64,000 nucleotides of DNA, taken from IMG/VR virus record IMGVR_UViG_3300005289_000016, positions 62,001 through 126,000 of that record, one strand, 5' to 3'. Below the pieces are notes generated by a model that saw only the letters and a program-made list of their open reading frames with translations, had not been told where the DNA came from and made no database searches. Numbering within the stretch: position 1 is the stretch's first letter; the number at the start of each line of letters is the position of its first letter. The translations under genes were made by a program, and so were the position numbers. Below, in pieces: positions 1-8,634 of the stretch.

Positions 1-20
1 TTCACTAAGACCTGCACTGG

Positions 21-46
21 GGGAGAGCTTCGGCTCTCCCTCTTTT
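21..46 (+). terminator. Rho-independent terminator
   Basis: GGGAGAGC-TTCG-GCTCTCCC stem with a cUUCGg loop, followed by TCTTTT. Confidence 0.8.
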
Positions 47-60
47 ACGGAGAGACTCCC

Positions 61-657
61 ATGCAGCTTACCGACGATGATTTCAAACGGCTCGATGAAA
101 TGGATAAAGAAGCCAATGCTCGCATGTCCGAGCGTGACTTCACCCAGCGTCTCCTGCCGCACCTTGTGCCGAATGGTCGGGGTGAAAACGTCCGTGTTGA
201 CATTTATGTAGCCGCTGCTGGTCATGCCAACCGCATGATCGACGTCTTCGAGAATGGCAACCCAGGCAAGATCCTGTTCACCGTTCCACCGCTGATCTCC
301 CCGACTCCGATGACCATCCGCTCAATCCATGCGCGGCCTGAAACGGACATCGGTGAACTCAGCGCAGAGTACGACGCCCAAGTGACCACCAACGCCCCAG
401 GCATGGTGATTGACGGTTTCGTGCAGCGCCTCATGGCTTTGAACTACACTCCGGCTGACGCGATCTCCGCTGTCTACGGGTTGATGTGGGCCAAGATCTA
501 CCGTCGTTACAACATCCCACTGGAATTGATGTTCGGTGAAGCCGCTCCTGAAGTCGCCAAGCAATTGGGTCAGATCAGCGGTGAAGCGGATGTCGATACC
601 GGCCAGGCCAGGAAGACCCTCGATGACATTGCTGAAGACGACATCGAACCGCTCTGA
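61..657 (+). CDS. Conserved hypothetical protein of the phiKZ-like core block, 198 aa, acidic C-terminus EDDIEPL
   Basis: GGAG RBS upstream; codon usage matches the rest of the phage; overlaps the next gene. Confidence 0.75.
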   Translation: MQLTDDDFKRLDEMDKEANARMSERDFTQRLLPHLVPNGRGENVRVDIYVAAAGHANRMIDVFENGNPGKILFTVPPLISPTPMTIRSIHARPETDIGELSAEYDAQVTTNAPGMVIDGFVQRLMALNYTPADAISAVYGLMWAKIYRRYNIPLELMFGEAAPEVAKQLGQISGEADVDTGQARKTLDDIAEDDIEPL

Positions 658-1777
658 AAGACTCATGGCGTTCATCTCGGACATCCACTTAGCCCATCCA
701 CGTACCAACACGTACCACATCATCCAGAACCTCCGCAAGGCGTTTCCCGATGATGAGCAGACGGGCAAGCTCGATGTCATTTTCTTTGCAGGCGACGTCT
801 TTGACCGCCTGATGAGTTTGCCTCAGGATGAGGTGGACGCCATCCAAGAGTGGATCGGTGATCTTCTTCGCATCTGCGCGAAACGCAACATCCTCGTGCG
901 GGTTCTCGAAGGTACACCAAGCCATGACTGGCGCCAGTCGAAACAGTTCGTCAACGTCAACAACACGCTGGACAATCCCGCTAACCTGCGCTACGTCGAT
1001 ACATTGAGTATTGAGGTGATACAGGAGCTGGACAACCTGAGCGTGCTGTACGTGCCGGACGAGTGGAACGCTGACGCCAGTGTTACCTGGGCTCAGGTCC
1101 AAGAACTCCTTTCGATCCATGGGTTGGAAAAGGTTGACGTGGGCTGTATGCACGGCTCCTTCGACTATCAGTTGCCCATTGAGTCGAGCAAGAACCACAA
1201 CAGCGACGCGTACATGTCCATCGTTCGCCATTACATCGGCATCGGGCACGTACACATCCGCACAGAGCGAAACGGCAAGATCTTGGCCCAAGGGTCCTTT
1301 GATCGCCTGTCGCACGGTGAGGAAGCCGCTAAGGGTCATTACAGGGCATGCATCTCGCCTGCCGGTAATTACCACTGGTTCGTTGAAAACACCGGTGCCC
1401 GCATCTATAAGACGCTGGACTGCCGGGATCAGGTCATTGAGGAAACCATTGACCTGTTAGCGCAATACGAGAACGAACCCGATCAGTCGAACTTCCGACT
1501 GATGATCCAACGGGGCGGTACGGTGCACCACGGCTTGAAGGATTTGCGTAAGCGCTTCCCTCAGTTCCGGTTGACCACACAGCTTGATGATCTGAAGACC
1601 CAGGAAGAAGTCCAACTGGCTCAACAGCAGGCTCCGGTGGTGAAACCGATCAGCATCACGCCTACCAACATCACGCACCTTGTGGCTGAGCGAATGGCCC
1701 GTCAGGGAACTGACGTGACAGATCCTCGGGCATTGAAGGTCCTGGCTGTCTTGGACAAATATAAAGAGGCAGCATAG
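623..1777 (+). CDS. sbcD: SbcD/Mre11-like metallophosphoesterase nuclease (phiKZ gp65-like)
   Basis: Motifs ISDIHL, FAGDVFD, LEGTPSHD, MHG, IGHVH. Start is uncertain (623 or 665; the ORF track extends it to 536). Confidence 0.85.
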   Translation: MTLLKTTSNRSERLMAFISDIHLAHPRTNTYHIIQNLRKAFPDDEQTGKLDVIFFAGDVFDRLMSLPQDEVDAIQEWIGDLLRICAKRNILVRVLEGTPSHDWRQSKQFVNVNNTLDNPANLRYVDTLSIEVIQELDNLSVLYVPDEWNADASVTWAQVQELLSIHGLEKVDVGCMHGSFDYQLPIESSKNHNSDAYMSIVRHYIGIGHVHIRTERNGKILAQGSFDRLSHGEEAAKGHYRACISPAGNYHWFVENTGARIYKTLDCRDQVIEETIDLLAQYENEPDQSNFRLMIQRGGTVHHGLKDLRKRFPQFRLTTQLDDLKTQEEVQLAQQQAPVVKPISITPTNITHLVAERMARQGTDVTDPRALKVLAVLDKYKEAA

Positions 1778-1785
1778 GAGGTTGC

Positions 1786-2655
1786 ATGATTACTGATCCC
1801 AGCGCCCAAGCGGCGCTGTCGAGCCGTGAGCTGGGGCAGATCCCCATCTCCATCGGTACCAGTCTGGCCCTTGAGGGTGCCTTCGGCATCCTTGAGGACA
1901 ACCACAACCCAAAGCCAATCATCCATAATGTTGACGTCTTGTATGTCAACATCCGGACGTTGATCCGGAACATGGTGGGGGCAATCGACAACGAGCAACT
2001 GAGCGCGGTCTTCCCTGAGGACCTGGCCCACATCCTCGTGAATGAACTGACGACCATTGAGCAAGCCGTGTCACTGGTGTCCAAAGGCCGGGTGAAAGTC
2101 CAGCCTTACCTGTGCAACTACCGGGACCTGCCTCGCAAGTTCCAGTATGGCATCCTCAAGAACGCTAACACGGATCGGCAGCGGTACGCTGCCCTTCGTG
2201 AAGAGAACACGGTCATCGAGTTCAAGCGCATCCTGCACGAGCATCCGAACATTCGCCCTATCGAAACCGATATGGAGTTGCCACCCGATGCCCGCAAGGT
2301 GCTGCTGCTGTCTAACTACGCGGTAGACCTTCTACAGCGGTATAAGTTTGCAGCGATCACGCTACTGGAATCGCACACCGGCGCCACTAAGCCTCCAGCC
2401 CTGTGGTACACCAAGCTTACCAACGGTAAAGAGCTGGAGAACATTCCGTTTGATCGGATGACTCTGCAATTCTTCGGTGACAACGGTAACCTGTTCACAG
2501 GCTTCCCGATCAAGTTCCGCAGGATCATGCTCGACATCGCTCAGAAAAACCGCTGGCATGCCATGACGACGAAGGATTACATCATCGGTTGCGTCAAGAA
2601 GGCTTACGAGCCTGAACTGGAGCGACTGGTCATTAATCTGTACTCGAAAGGTTAG
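1786..2655 (+). CDS. Conserved phiKZ-like core protein (gp66-like), possible PIN/flap-nuclease-like fold
   Basis: GGAGG RBS; lies between the SbcD-like and ChmC-like genes; the fold guess rests on YVNIRTL and LLESHTG segments. Confidence 0.6.
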   Translation: MITDPSAQAALSSRELGQIPISIGTSLALEGAFGILEDNHNPKPIIHNVDVLYVNIRTLIRNMVGAIDNEQLSAVFPEDLAHILVNELTTIEQAVSLVSKGRVKVQPYLCNYRDLPRKFQYGILKNANTDRQRYAALREENTVIEFKRILHEHPNIRPIETDMELPPDARKVLLLSNYAVDLLQRYKFAAITLLESHTGATKPPALWYTKLTNGKELENIPFDRMTLQFFGDNGNLFTGFPIKFRRIMLDIAQKNRWHAMTTKDYIIGCVKKAYEPELERLVINLYSKG

Positions 2656-2738
2656 GGGAACCGGCGGGTAAAAAGAAACACCTGGGTCCTATCTTTTGAA
2701 TAGAAGCCGATCACACTTTTTGGTTTGGAGTAACACAG

Positions 2739-3521
2739 ATGAGTGAACAGAACGCGCGTCCAGAAACGATTCTGGACGACCCTTCCCTGGCCCTCAAAGC
2801 AAAGAAGCAAGACGGCATGGAAGGCGAGCCTACTCTGCGTCCGGCTTACTACGAAAACAACCCACGTCTGGTCGTGAAGACCCGCGTACCGAACGACAAG
2901 AACCACGGCAAGATCGAAGCAGCGCTGTCAAACCGCGCCTTCTTCTCGGTCCTGCGTGCTCTGGAACTCGTGGCTGAATCCACCGGCCCGATCCAAGTGT
3001 TCCTGGACAACAAAGGCCACCGCTTCGTCGATAAGAAGCGTGACCCGAACCCGTCCATCATGAGCATGATCAAGCTCGAGAAGAACAACGAAGGCGTGAT
3101 CTCGATCTGCATCAGTGCAGGCAAGAACCGTCCTTTGATCGAGTTCCCGTTCCTCGACTGCACCTACCATCAGTTCCGTGATGGCCAAGGTAGCATGCCG
3201 GTAGCGGTAGCTTCCAAGCTGTACTGCCTGGGTTGGATCGACGTCGTTCGTGAATACCTGCCAGTGGTCATCGAGAAGAACTACGCCAAGCCGGCGTGGA
3301 TGCAGCGCCGTGAGCAGAACAACGGCGGAGGCGGTGGTCAGTGGGGTGGCAACAACGGTGGTAACCGTCAAGGTGGCGGTGGCAACAGCTGGGGCGGCAA
3401 CAACAATGGCGGCGGTAATTCCGGCGGCAATAGTTGGGGCGGTAACAGTGGCGGTGGTCAACCTGCTCCTCAGGTATCTGGTGGAACCGGTTTTGACTTC
3501 AGCGATGATGTGCCTCTATAA
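2739..3521 (+). CDS. chmC: ChmC-like nucleus-associated nucleic-acid-binding protein with G/N-rich low-complexity tail (phiKZ gp67 position)
   Basis: Directly upstream of the gp68-like gene; folded N-domain, then a GGNNGG/WGG-repeat tail ending DFSDDVPL. Confidence 0.65.
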   Translation: MSEQNARPETILDDPSLALKAKKQDGMEGEPTLRPAYYENNPRLVVKTRVPNDKNHGKIEAALSNRAFFSVLRALELVAESTGPIQVFLDNKGHRFVDKKRDPNPSIMSMIKLEKNNEGVISICISAGKNRPLIEFPFLDCTYHQFRDGQGSMPVAVASKLYCLGWIDVVREYLPVVIEKNYAKPAWMQRREQNNGGGGGQWGGNNGGNRQGGGGNSWGGNNNGGGNSGGNSWGGNSGGGQPAPQVSGGTGFDFSDDVPL

Positions 3522-3543
3522 AACGAGCCCGACATAGCCAGCA

Positions 3544-3575
3544 TCGACACAGGACCCCACGCGGTCCTGTGTCGA
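3544..3575 (+). terminator. Strong hairpin, probable terminator
   Basis: 13-bp stem TCGACACAGGACC/GGTCCTGTGTCGA just after the stop of 2739..3521. Confidence 0.65.
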
Positions 3576-3599
3576 CTCTTATACCCTGACGACTATCCG

Positions 3600-3626
3600 T
3601 TCGACGTCTTTTCGGCGATACATTAT
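3600..3626 (+). promoter_or_regulatory. Putative phage early promoter TTCGA-N14-TACATTAT
   Basis: The motif recurs with identical spacing at six intergenic sites in the window. Confidence 0.7.
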
Positions 3627-3661
3627 CTTTGTGAATCAGTAACCATCGAGGTTGTACCAAC

Positions 3662-5227
3662 GTGCAGATTCAGCTTAATGAACTGTCGAGTAAGGGAATC
3701 ACATCCCTGACTCTGGATCACCGCGGCAATTCAATGAAGTTGTCAGCAGGCAGCTATCATTCCGCTGCGATCATCAACCGTGAAACACTGTTCAAGGAGA
3801 CCAATGACTTCCTCTCAAGCCTGCCGGCGGAGGATCAAGCCAAGCTTTGGGACTTGTATCTCAAGGTAAACGAGTACCTTTCGTCCGAAGAGATCCGGTC
3901 GTCGTACTTCATCCGCGCTGAAATTGAAGCGGTGGTGAAGCAGATGTACAAGATCATCACTTGGCCGGTGGTACGGGATTGGGTTGAGAAAGCCCGTCTG
4001 GAAATCCCAAGCGACGTCAATGAGAAGTTCGAAGAGTACAACGAGCGCGGTCGTAACTACCGCAGTCGGACGTACATCAAGTCGGACTACATCGACCTGC
4101 AAGCGTTGGCACTGGGGTTGCGGATGATTGTGCCTGTATGGGGCATGTACATCCAGAACGTGGCGTCCACCCACGGCAACGGGTACAAGGAATCGGAAGC
4201 TGTCAAGCTGATCGAGCTGGCTGGTGTGAACCAGTGGCCTCCTTATGTCCGCATGATGGAGTACATCGAGGCATCGGTGGACAAAGAGATCAGCATGACC
4301 ATGGTCATGGCCGGTCTGTCGAGTGAAGAAGTACCACGTCACTTGATGGCTATGGCATTGGTGCGCAAGATCTCCATCGGGCCGTTGTCCACTCCGGTGG
4401 ATCGGGACAGTCTGGCCCGGATTCTGTTCAACTACGTGACTGGCACTCACCTGCGCATGGACGGTCGCTTCCAAAGCGTCACCGGCGTAGTGCAGGCTAA
4501 ACGGTCCCGCAGTCTGGACAAAGGCGACGAAGACAACAGCTCGGTCTGGGACGACTACGGTCAAACCACCGAGATCACCGAAGGCGACCGGCAATTGCTG
4601 GAAGTGTTCAGTGAGAACACCAACGTCATCGTCGTACGTGCTGACCCAACTCTGGACATTGCTCGTGTGCAGCAATGCGTCGCCATCTGTTCTCGTCACG
4701 AAGAGCGCAAGGTGGAAGACTTCCAGAAGGCGATCATCTTCTGGGTTATCCGGACGATCTCGCCAGAAGCACGTGAGCTGCTGCTCAAGCGGACTGAGTT
4801 CCGTTTGATGGGTGTCGCTCAGGCAATCCTGGATCACTGGGGTTTCCACGAGCTGGCCATCCTGGTATCGGCGGAAGAGTACGTCAGCGATGAAGGTGAG
4901 ACCTACATCCCGACTGAAACCCGCAACAAGATCACCAAGCAGCAAGCAGAGGTATTGGACAAACAGTACCCGCACTGGCGCCAGGAAACGAAACGTCAGG
5001 AACCGGGCAAGCGTGGCAACGTAGCCGTGACTGCGATCGACATGGTCGTGGACTGGATGAGTGGCCGTGCTTGGAAACCACACGCACCTCGAGACATCAT
5101 TGAACGTGTGCCGATGCTTAATCAGACCGGCTACATGTACATCTCGGGCGACATCAGACGTCAACTAGCAGACATGATCATTCATGTCAACAACACTATC
5201 GGGAGCCGTACCCATGCAACTAATTGA
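3662..5227 (+). CDS. Non-virion RNA polymerase promoter-specificity (sigma-like) subunit, phiKZ gp68-like
   Basis: 521 aa, GTG start with GAGG RBS; size and position in the gp65-gp75 core block. Confidence 0.7.
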   Translation: MQIQLNELSSKGITSLTLDHRGNSMKLSAGSYHSAAIINRETLFKETNDFLSSLPAEDQAKLWDLYLKVNEYLSSEEIRSSYFIRAEIEAVVKQMYKIITWPVVRDWVEKARLEIPSDVNEKFEEYNERGRNYRSRTYIKSDYIDLQALALGLRMIVPVWGMYIQNVASTHGNGYKESEAVKLIELAGVNQWPPYVRMMEYIEASVDKEISMTMVMAGLSSEEVPRHLMAMALVRKISIGPLSTPVDRDSLARILFNYVTGTHLRMDGRFQSVTGVVQAKRSRSLDKGDEDNSSVWDDYGQTTEITEGDRQLLEVFSENTNVIVVRADPTLDIARVQQCVAICSRHEERKVEDFQKAIIFWVIRTISPEARELLLKRTEFRLMGVAQAILDHWGFHELAILVSAEEYVSDEGETYIPTETRNKITKQQAEVLDKQYPHWRQETKRQEPGKRGNVAVTAIDMVVDWMSGRAWKPHAPRDIIERVPMLNQTGYMYISGDIRRQLADMIIHVNNTIGSRTHATN

Positions 5228-6710
5228 TCTCGTATTCCGTGAGCGTTCGGGCTACAAGGACATGCAGCTCCGTCCTTATTACGCCGATGCCACCAAAGAT
5301 TTGATCGGTGAGTTGGACCGCGATACCCGTGGTGGTGATGACCTGACTCCTGCGGCCCTGAGCCGTGTGGCAGGCCGTATCATCCGCCCGGCCGCCCAGC
5401 ACCAAGGCGCAGCTATTATCGCCAACGGCTGGGGCGAGAAGCGGTTCATGTTCATGATGACCGTTCTGGTCCGCAAGAGCCGTACCGACATCCGGACCCT
5501 GGAGATCTCCGGTTATACCGACTACGTGGGTGCTTCCCAAGGCATCCGTGGCGTCAAGCTTGATGAGAACATGGCGCTGTACTTCAACTCGGTCACAGAG
5601 CTGAACCAGAGCTACATGGATACCCCGACCCGTCGCGGTTGGCAGACCCAGATCGCCAGTTCGAACCACCTGATTGCGCCTCAAGTCATGCCGGACTTCA
5701 GCCGTGATCGGATGTCCGCCGGGACACTGGTAATGCGTCCAGAAGACGTGTTCCACAATAACCCGAAGAACGTGGTGTCTAACGCGTTCAACCGCCGTGC
5801 CGAGAAAGAGAACTACCTGGACATGCGCCATGGGTTCACCGGCAAAGGCCTGCGGATGTCCAACCGCCTCAATGACTCGTCCACTCGTTACTTGCACCGC
5901 TCGATCAAAGCGCTGGCAACTGCAAACGAAGGCGAAGTGTTTGGCCAAGGCAATGCGTTCGACCGGGACACCGGCTCGATCCTGAAGGATGCCCGTTCTC
6001 AGGTCCGTGAGAAGACCGTGAGCAGCATCCCAGTCCTGGCTGACATTGCTCGTGAGACCAACATCCTCGAGCAAGGCTTCATCACCTACGGTGAGCTGAT
6101 CGCCATGAACCCGGACTATGTCTGGGACGACGTCAAGGTGTTCTTCGAGCGCCCTGAGACTGTGGACACCTTCCACAACCGTTCTGGTTGGTCGGGTCGT
6201 GACAACAGTACCATCGCTGCGATCCAAGTGGTTCGTGCGTTGCCAGCGTTCATGGCGTTCCACCACATTGCGTACGTCGAATTCACGGCGGACAACATGT
6301 CGGCATTGGGTGAGCCAGTCATCATCATCCCGCAGTGCCTCCCGATCATTGGCAAGCAGATCACCGATCGCTCGCTGATGGCATTCGAAGAGCGCATGGT
6401 CACTGAGCTGTTCTACGACATGCTCCCGTGGCCAGACTGCATGTTTGAGATCGAAGTCCGTGCCGGTCTGGCCAACGACATCGTGATCAAGCTCAAGCTG
6501 GAAGGCGAAGATCCGTTCGAGGACACCTTCCCAGTCTTCTGTGACTCCTTGGTACCACCGGTCATTGTGAATGATCAGGACACCATCGGAGCCATGAGTT
6601 CCTCGCTGACCGACATCGTCGAAAGCCTGGGTGCTGGCCGTCGTGGCCGGGACGATCCAGACTACGCCGATGCACCGGTCCTCAGCAACAGCGGCAATTT
6701 CAATTTCTAA
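5214..6710 (+). CDS. picA: PicA/Imp1-like phage-nucleus protein import factor (phiKZ gp69 position)
   Basis: About 500 aa, directly after the gp68-like gene; ATG 5214 follows GGGAG; N-terminal IANGWGEKRFMFMM segment. Assignment is mainly by synteny. Confidence 0.65.
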   Translation: MQLIDLVFRERSGYKDMQLRPYYADATKDLIGELDRDTRGGDDLTPAALSRVAGRIIRPAAQHQGAAIIANGWGEKRFMFMMTVLVRKSRTDIRTLEISGYTDYVGASQGIRGVKLDENMALYFNSVTELNQSYMDTPTRRGWQTQIASSNHLIAPQVMPDFSRDRMSAGTLVMRPEDVFHNNPKNVVSNAFNRRAEKENYLDMRHGFTGKGLRMSNRLNDSSTRYLHRSIKALATANEGEVFGQGNAFDRDTGSILKDARSQVREKTVSSIPVLADIARETNILEQGFITYGELIAMNPDYVWDDVKVFFERPETVDTFHNRSGWSGRDNSTIAAIQVVRALPAFMAFHHIAYVEFTADNMSALGEPVIIIPQCLPIIGKQITDRSLMAFEERMVTELFYDMLPWPDCMFEIEVRAGLANDIVIKLKLEGEDPFEDTFPVFCDSLVPPVIVNDQDTIGAMSSSLTDIVESLGAGRRGRDDPDYADAPVLSNSGNFNF

Positions 6711-6721
6711 GGGAGTAAAGC

Positions 6722-8161
6722 ATGGATCTCCATGAGTTCAATCCCCGTGTGCTCAATGCTATCGGGATCATCGACGAAACGGGCAAGGGTCACCTCAGCC
6801 GTGTGTTGGGCGAGAACCGTTACAGCCCGTTCATGATTGGTGAGAAGCGCGTGGTGCTGCCTACTTCCGAGCACCTGCGTAGTGACGACAAAGGGGTGGT
6901 GGTTTACCATCCCCTGTCCGAGAACATCACCCGTGGCGAATCGGACATGATCAAGTCCATGCGTGACCAGATCATGTTCAAGCTGACCGTAATCGCGGTG
7001 CAGTTGATCTCCGAGCTGGGCCGTGTGGCTGCTACTGACAGCGAGCATGGTCGCCTGGATGCAGCGTCGTCCAAGTACCTGAAGCAGGTCTCCGGCATGG
7101 ACGCTCGTTCGTACGAGTTCCTGAAGAAGGTCATCCTGCGTATCGGGCCTGAGCCTGAGAAGCGCCTGATCTCCATCAGCCTGCGTAAAGGTAACAAGGA
7201 CGGCGTCCTGCGCGCCGCCAAGTTCAAGTTCCCGGTTCTCGATCAGCTGCTGACCGACGAGCACGAACTGCTGGGTATGAAGTACCCGTCCAAGAAAGCC
7301 CGTCAGAACCTGATCGCGCTGTTCGAAATCGTGTTGGGCGACGAAGACACTCGTGCCAGCTACGACTACGGCAGCAAGAACATGGCAGCGCCGTACTTCC
7401 ATGCGCTGATGATGGGCTTCAATGCATTCGCGACGCATCTGAACGATGTGATCAAGAAGCACAAGAAGCTGCTGGGTAAAGCAGTTGACGAAGACGGCAA
7501 GGAAACTGGCCGCTGGATGTCCGACGACCTGCACATCGACCTGAGCTGGGTCGAAGGCATGGACGACCTGGCCGAGATGCGTCGCATCGTGCCTCCGCAA
7601 GAAGGTAACGAAGGCAGCATCATCGTGGCTGAGCCGAAAGACGTAGCCAAGACTGCCGAGAAGATCAGCAGCCGCATTGCGCCACCGACCCGCAGTTCTA
7701 CTGAAGGTCGTCGTGCTGAGCGTGCTGACGAAATGGATCTGCCGTTCGATGTGGACGACGATACCAATCAAGGCGCTCGCAGTGCACGTGGCGAAGTTCC
7801 TCCACCACCGCGCCGCAATGGGGCCAAGTCGCTGGACGATTACCTGTCCGGTGGCCGTGACCGTGATGACCGCCGTGGCGGTGGTGATCGCGATCGTGAT
7901 GATCGTGGTTCGAGCTGGAGTCGTGACCGTGGTCGTGATGACGACCGTCGTAGCTGGGGACGTGACCGCGATACCCGCGGTGGCCGTGACGATGATCGTC
8001 GTGGTCGTTACGATCTGGGTCTGGATCGTGATCGTGGCCGTGAAGAAGAGCGTGGCACCAGCTGGAGCCGCACTGACTTCCGTCGTGAAGAGCGTAGCAG
8101 CTCGGGTCGTCGTCCATTCGGTAGCGGTTCGCAGCAGACACAAGGCCGCGGTCGCTTCTGA
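6722..8161 (+). CDS. Conserved core protein (phiKZ gp70-like) with Arg/Asp-rich disordered C-terminal tail
   Basis: GGGAG RBS; position between the PicA-like gene and the RNAP beta gene; RDDDRR repeats. Confidence 0.7.
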   Translation: MDLHEFNPRVLNAIGIIDETGKGHLSRVLGENRYSPFMIGEKRVVLPTSEHLRSDDKGVVVYHPLSENITRGESDMIKSMRDQIMFKLTVIAVQLISELGRVAATDSEHGRLDAASSKYLKQVSGMDARSYEFLKKVILRIGPEPEKRLISISLRKGNKDGVLRAAKFKFPVLDQLLTDEHELLGMKYPSKKARQNLIALFEIVLGDEDTRASYDYGSKNMAAPYFHALMMGFNAFATHLNDVIKKHKKLLGKAVDEDGKETGRWMSDDLHIDLSWVEGMDDLAEMRRIVPPQEGNEGSIIVAEPKDVAKTAEKISSRIAPPTRSSTEGRRAERADEMDLPFDVDDDTNQGARSARGEVPPPPRRNGAKSLDDYLSGGRDRDDRRGGGDRDRDDRGSSWSRDRGRDDDRRSWGRDRDTRGGRDDDRRGRYDLGLDRDRGREEERGTSWSRTDFRREERSSSGRRPFGSGSQQTQGRGRF

Positions 8162-8171
8162 CTGACGGCAT

Positions 8172-8207
8172 AGAGAGGAGGCCACCACGGCCTCCCCTCT
8201 TTCTTTT
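8172..8207. terminator. Bidirectional terminator between convergent genes
   Basis: AGAG-GAGGCC/GGCCTC-CCCTCT stem plus TTTCTTTT. Confidence 0.7.
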
Positions 8208-8208
8208 G

Positions 8209-8547
8209 TCAGATTCGCCCTGGTGTTTGCAGGTAAAGGCTCTTGAGGGTATTGACAACTCCCAAGTCCGGCAACCGCATTTCCTTGAAGTCTCTGGTCA
8301 TCTGTGTAGGGCAGTCGAGGTCGTTTACCACCATGAAGATCAGCAAATTCTCGATCGGGTACTTCAATTCGACGATGAGCGACATGAAGTTGTATTCGAA
8401 CTTGTGAACCATCCCTGGATCTAGAGGGGTCTTTACACAGTTCGCCTTGAGGTATGCTTCGTGGGTGTGAATAAAGCTCAAGAACTCTGGTGAATGGAAG
8501 GTGGTATCGCCGTCGACCACCATCAGGTTGTTCAGTAGCTGGCTCAT
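8209..8547 (-). CDS. Small hypothetical protein, 112 aa (MSQLLNNLMVVDGDTTFHSPEF...TPGRI)
   Basis: C-terminal part of the track's antisense 1044-aa ORF. ATG at 8547 has a GGAG RBS, fills the 420-bp gap and ends at the bidirectional terminator. Confidence 0.7.
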   Translation of the reverse strand: MSQLLNNLMVVDGDTTFHSPEFLSFIHTHEAYLKANCVKTPLDPGMVHKFEYNFMSLIVELKYPIENLLIFMVVNDLDCPTQMTRDFKEMRLPDLGVVNTLKSLYLQTPGRI

Positions 8548-8561
8548 GCCCGTGCTCCTCG

Positions 8562-8588
8562 TTTGAATTTTCTTCAGTGATACATTAT
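8562..8588 (+). promoter_or_regulatory. Putative phage early promoter TTTGA-N14-TACATTAT
   Basis: Copy of the recurrent motif upstream of the nvRNAP beta gene. Confidence 0.7.
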
Positions 8589-8634
8589 CTAGTTGGTAAG
8601 CGAGTGCTAACCTGTAGTGTAATGGGAGTAATCG

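Noticed and set aside
11-28. Shared CCTG(TG)CACTGGGG-GAGAGC between 11 and 34507
   Set aside because: Only a short similarity between two terminator arms; too little to call a mobile repeat.
7850-8060. CRISPR-like or tandem DNA repeats (gaccgtg/gatcgtg)
   Set aside because: These are degenerate codons for the Arg-Asp protein tail, with no spacer structure. No CRISPR array is seen anywhere in the window.
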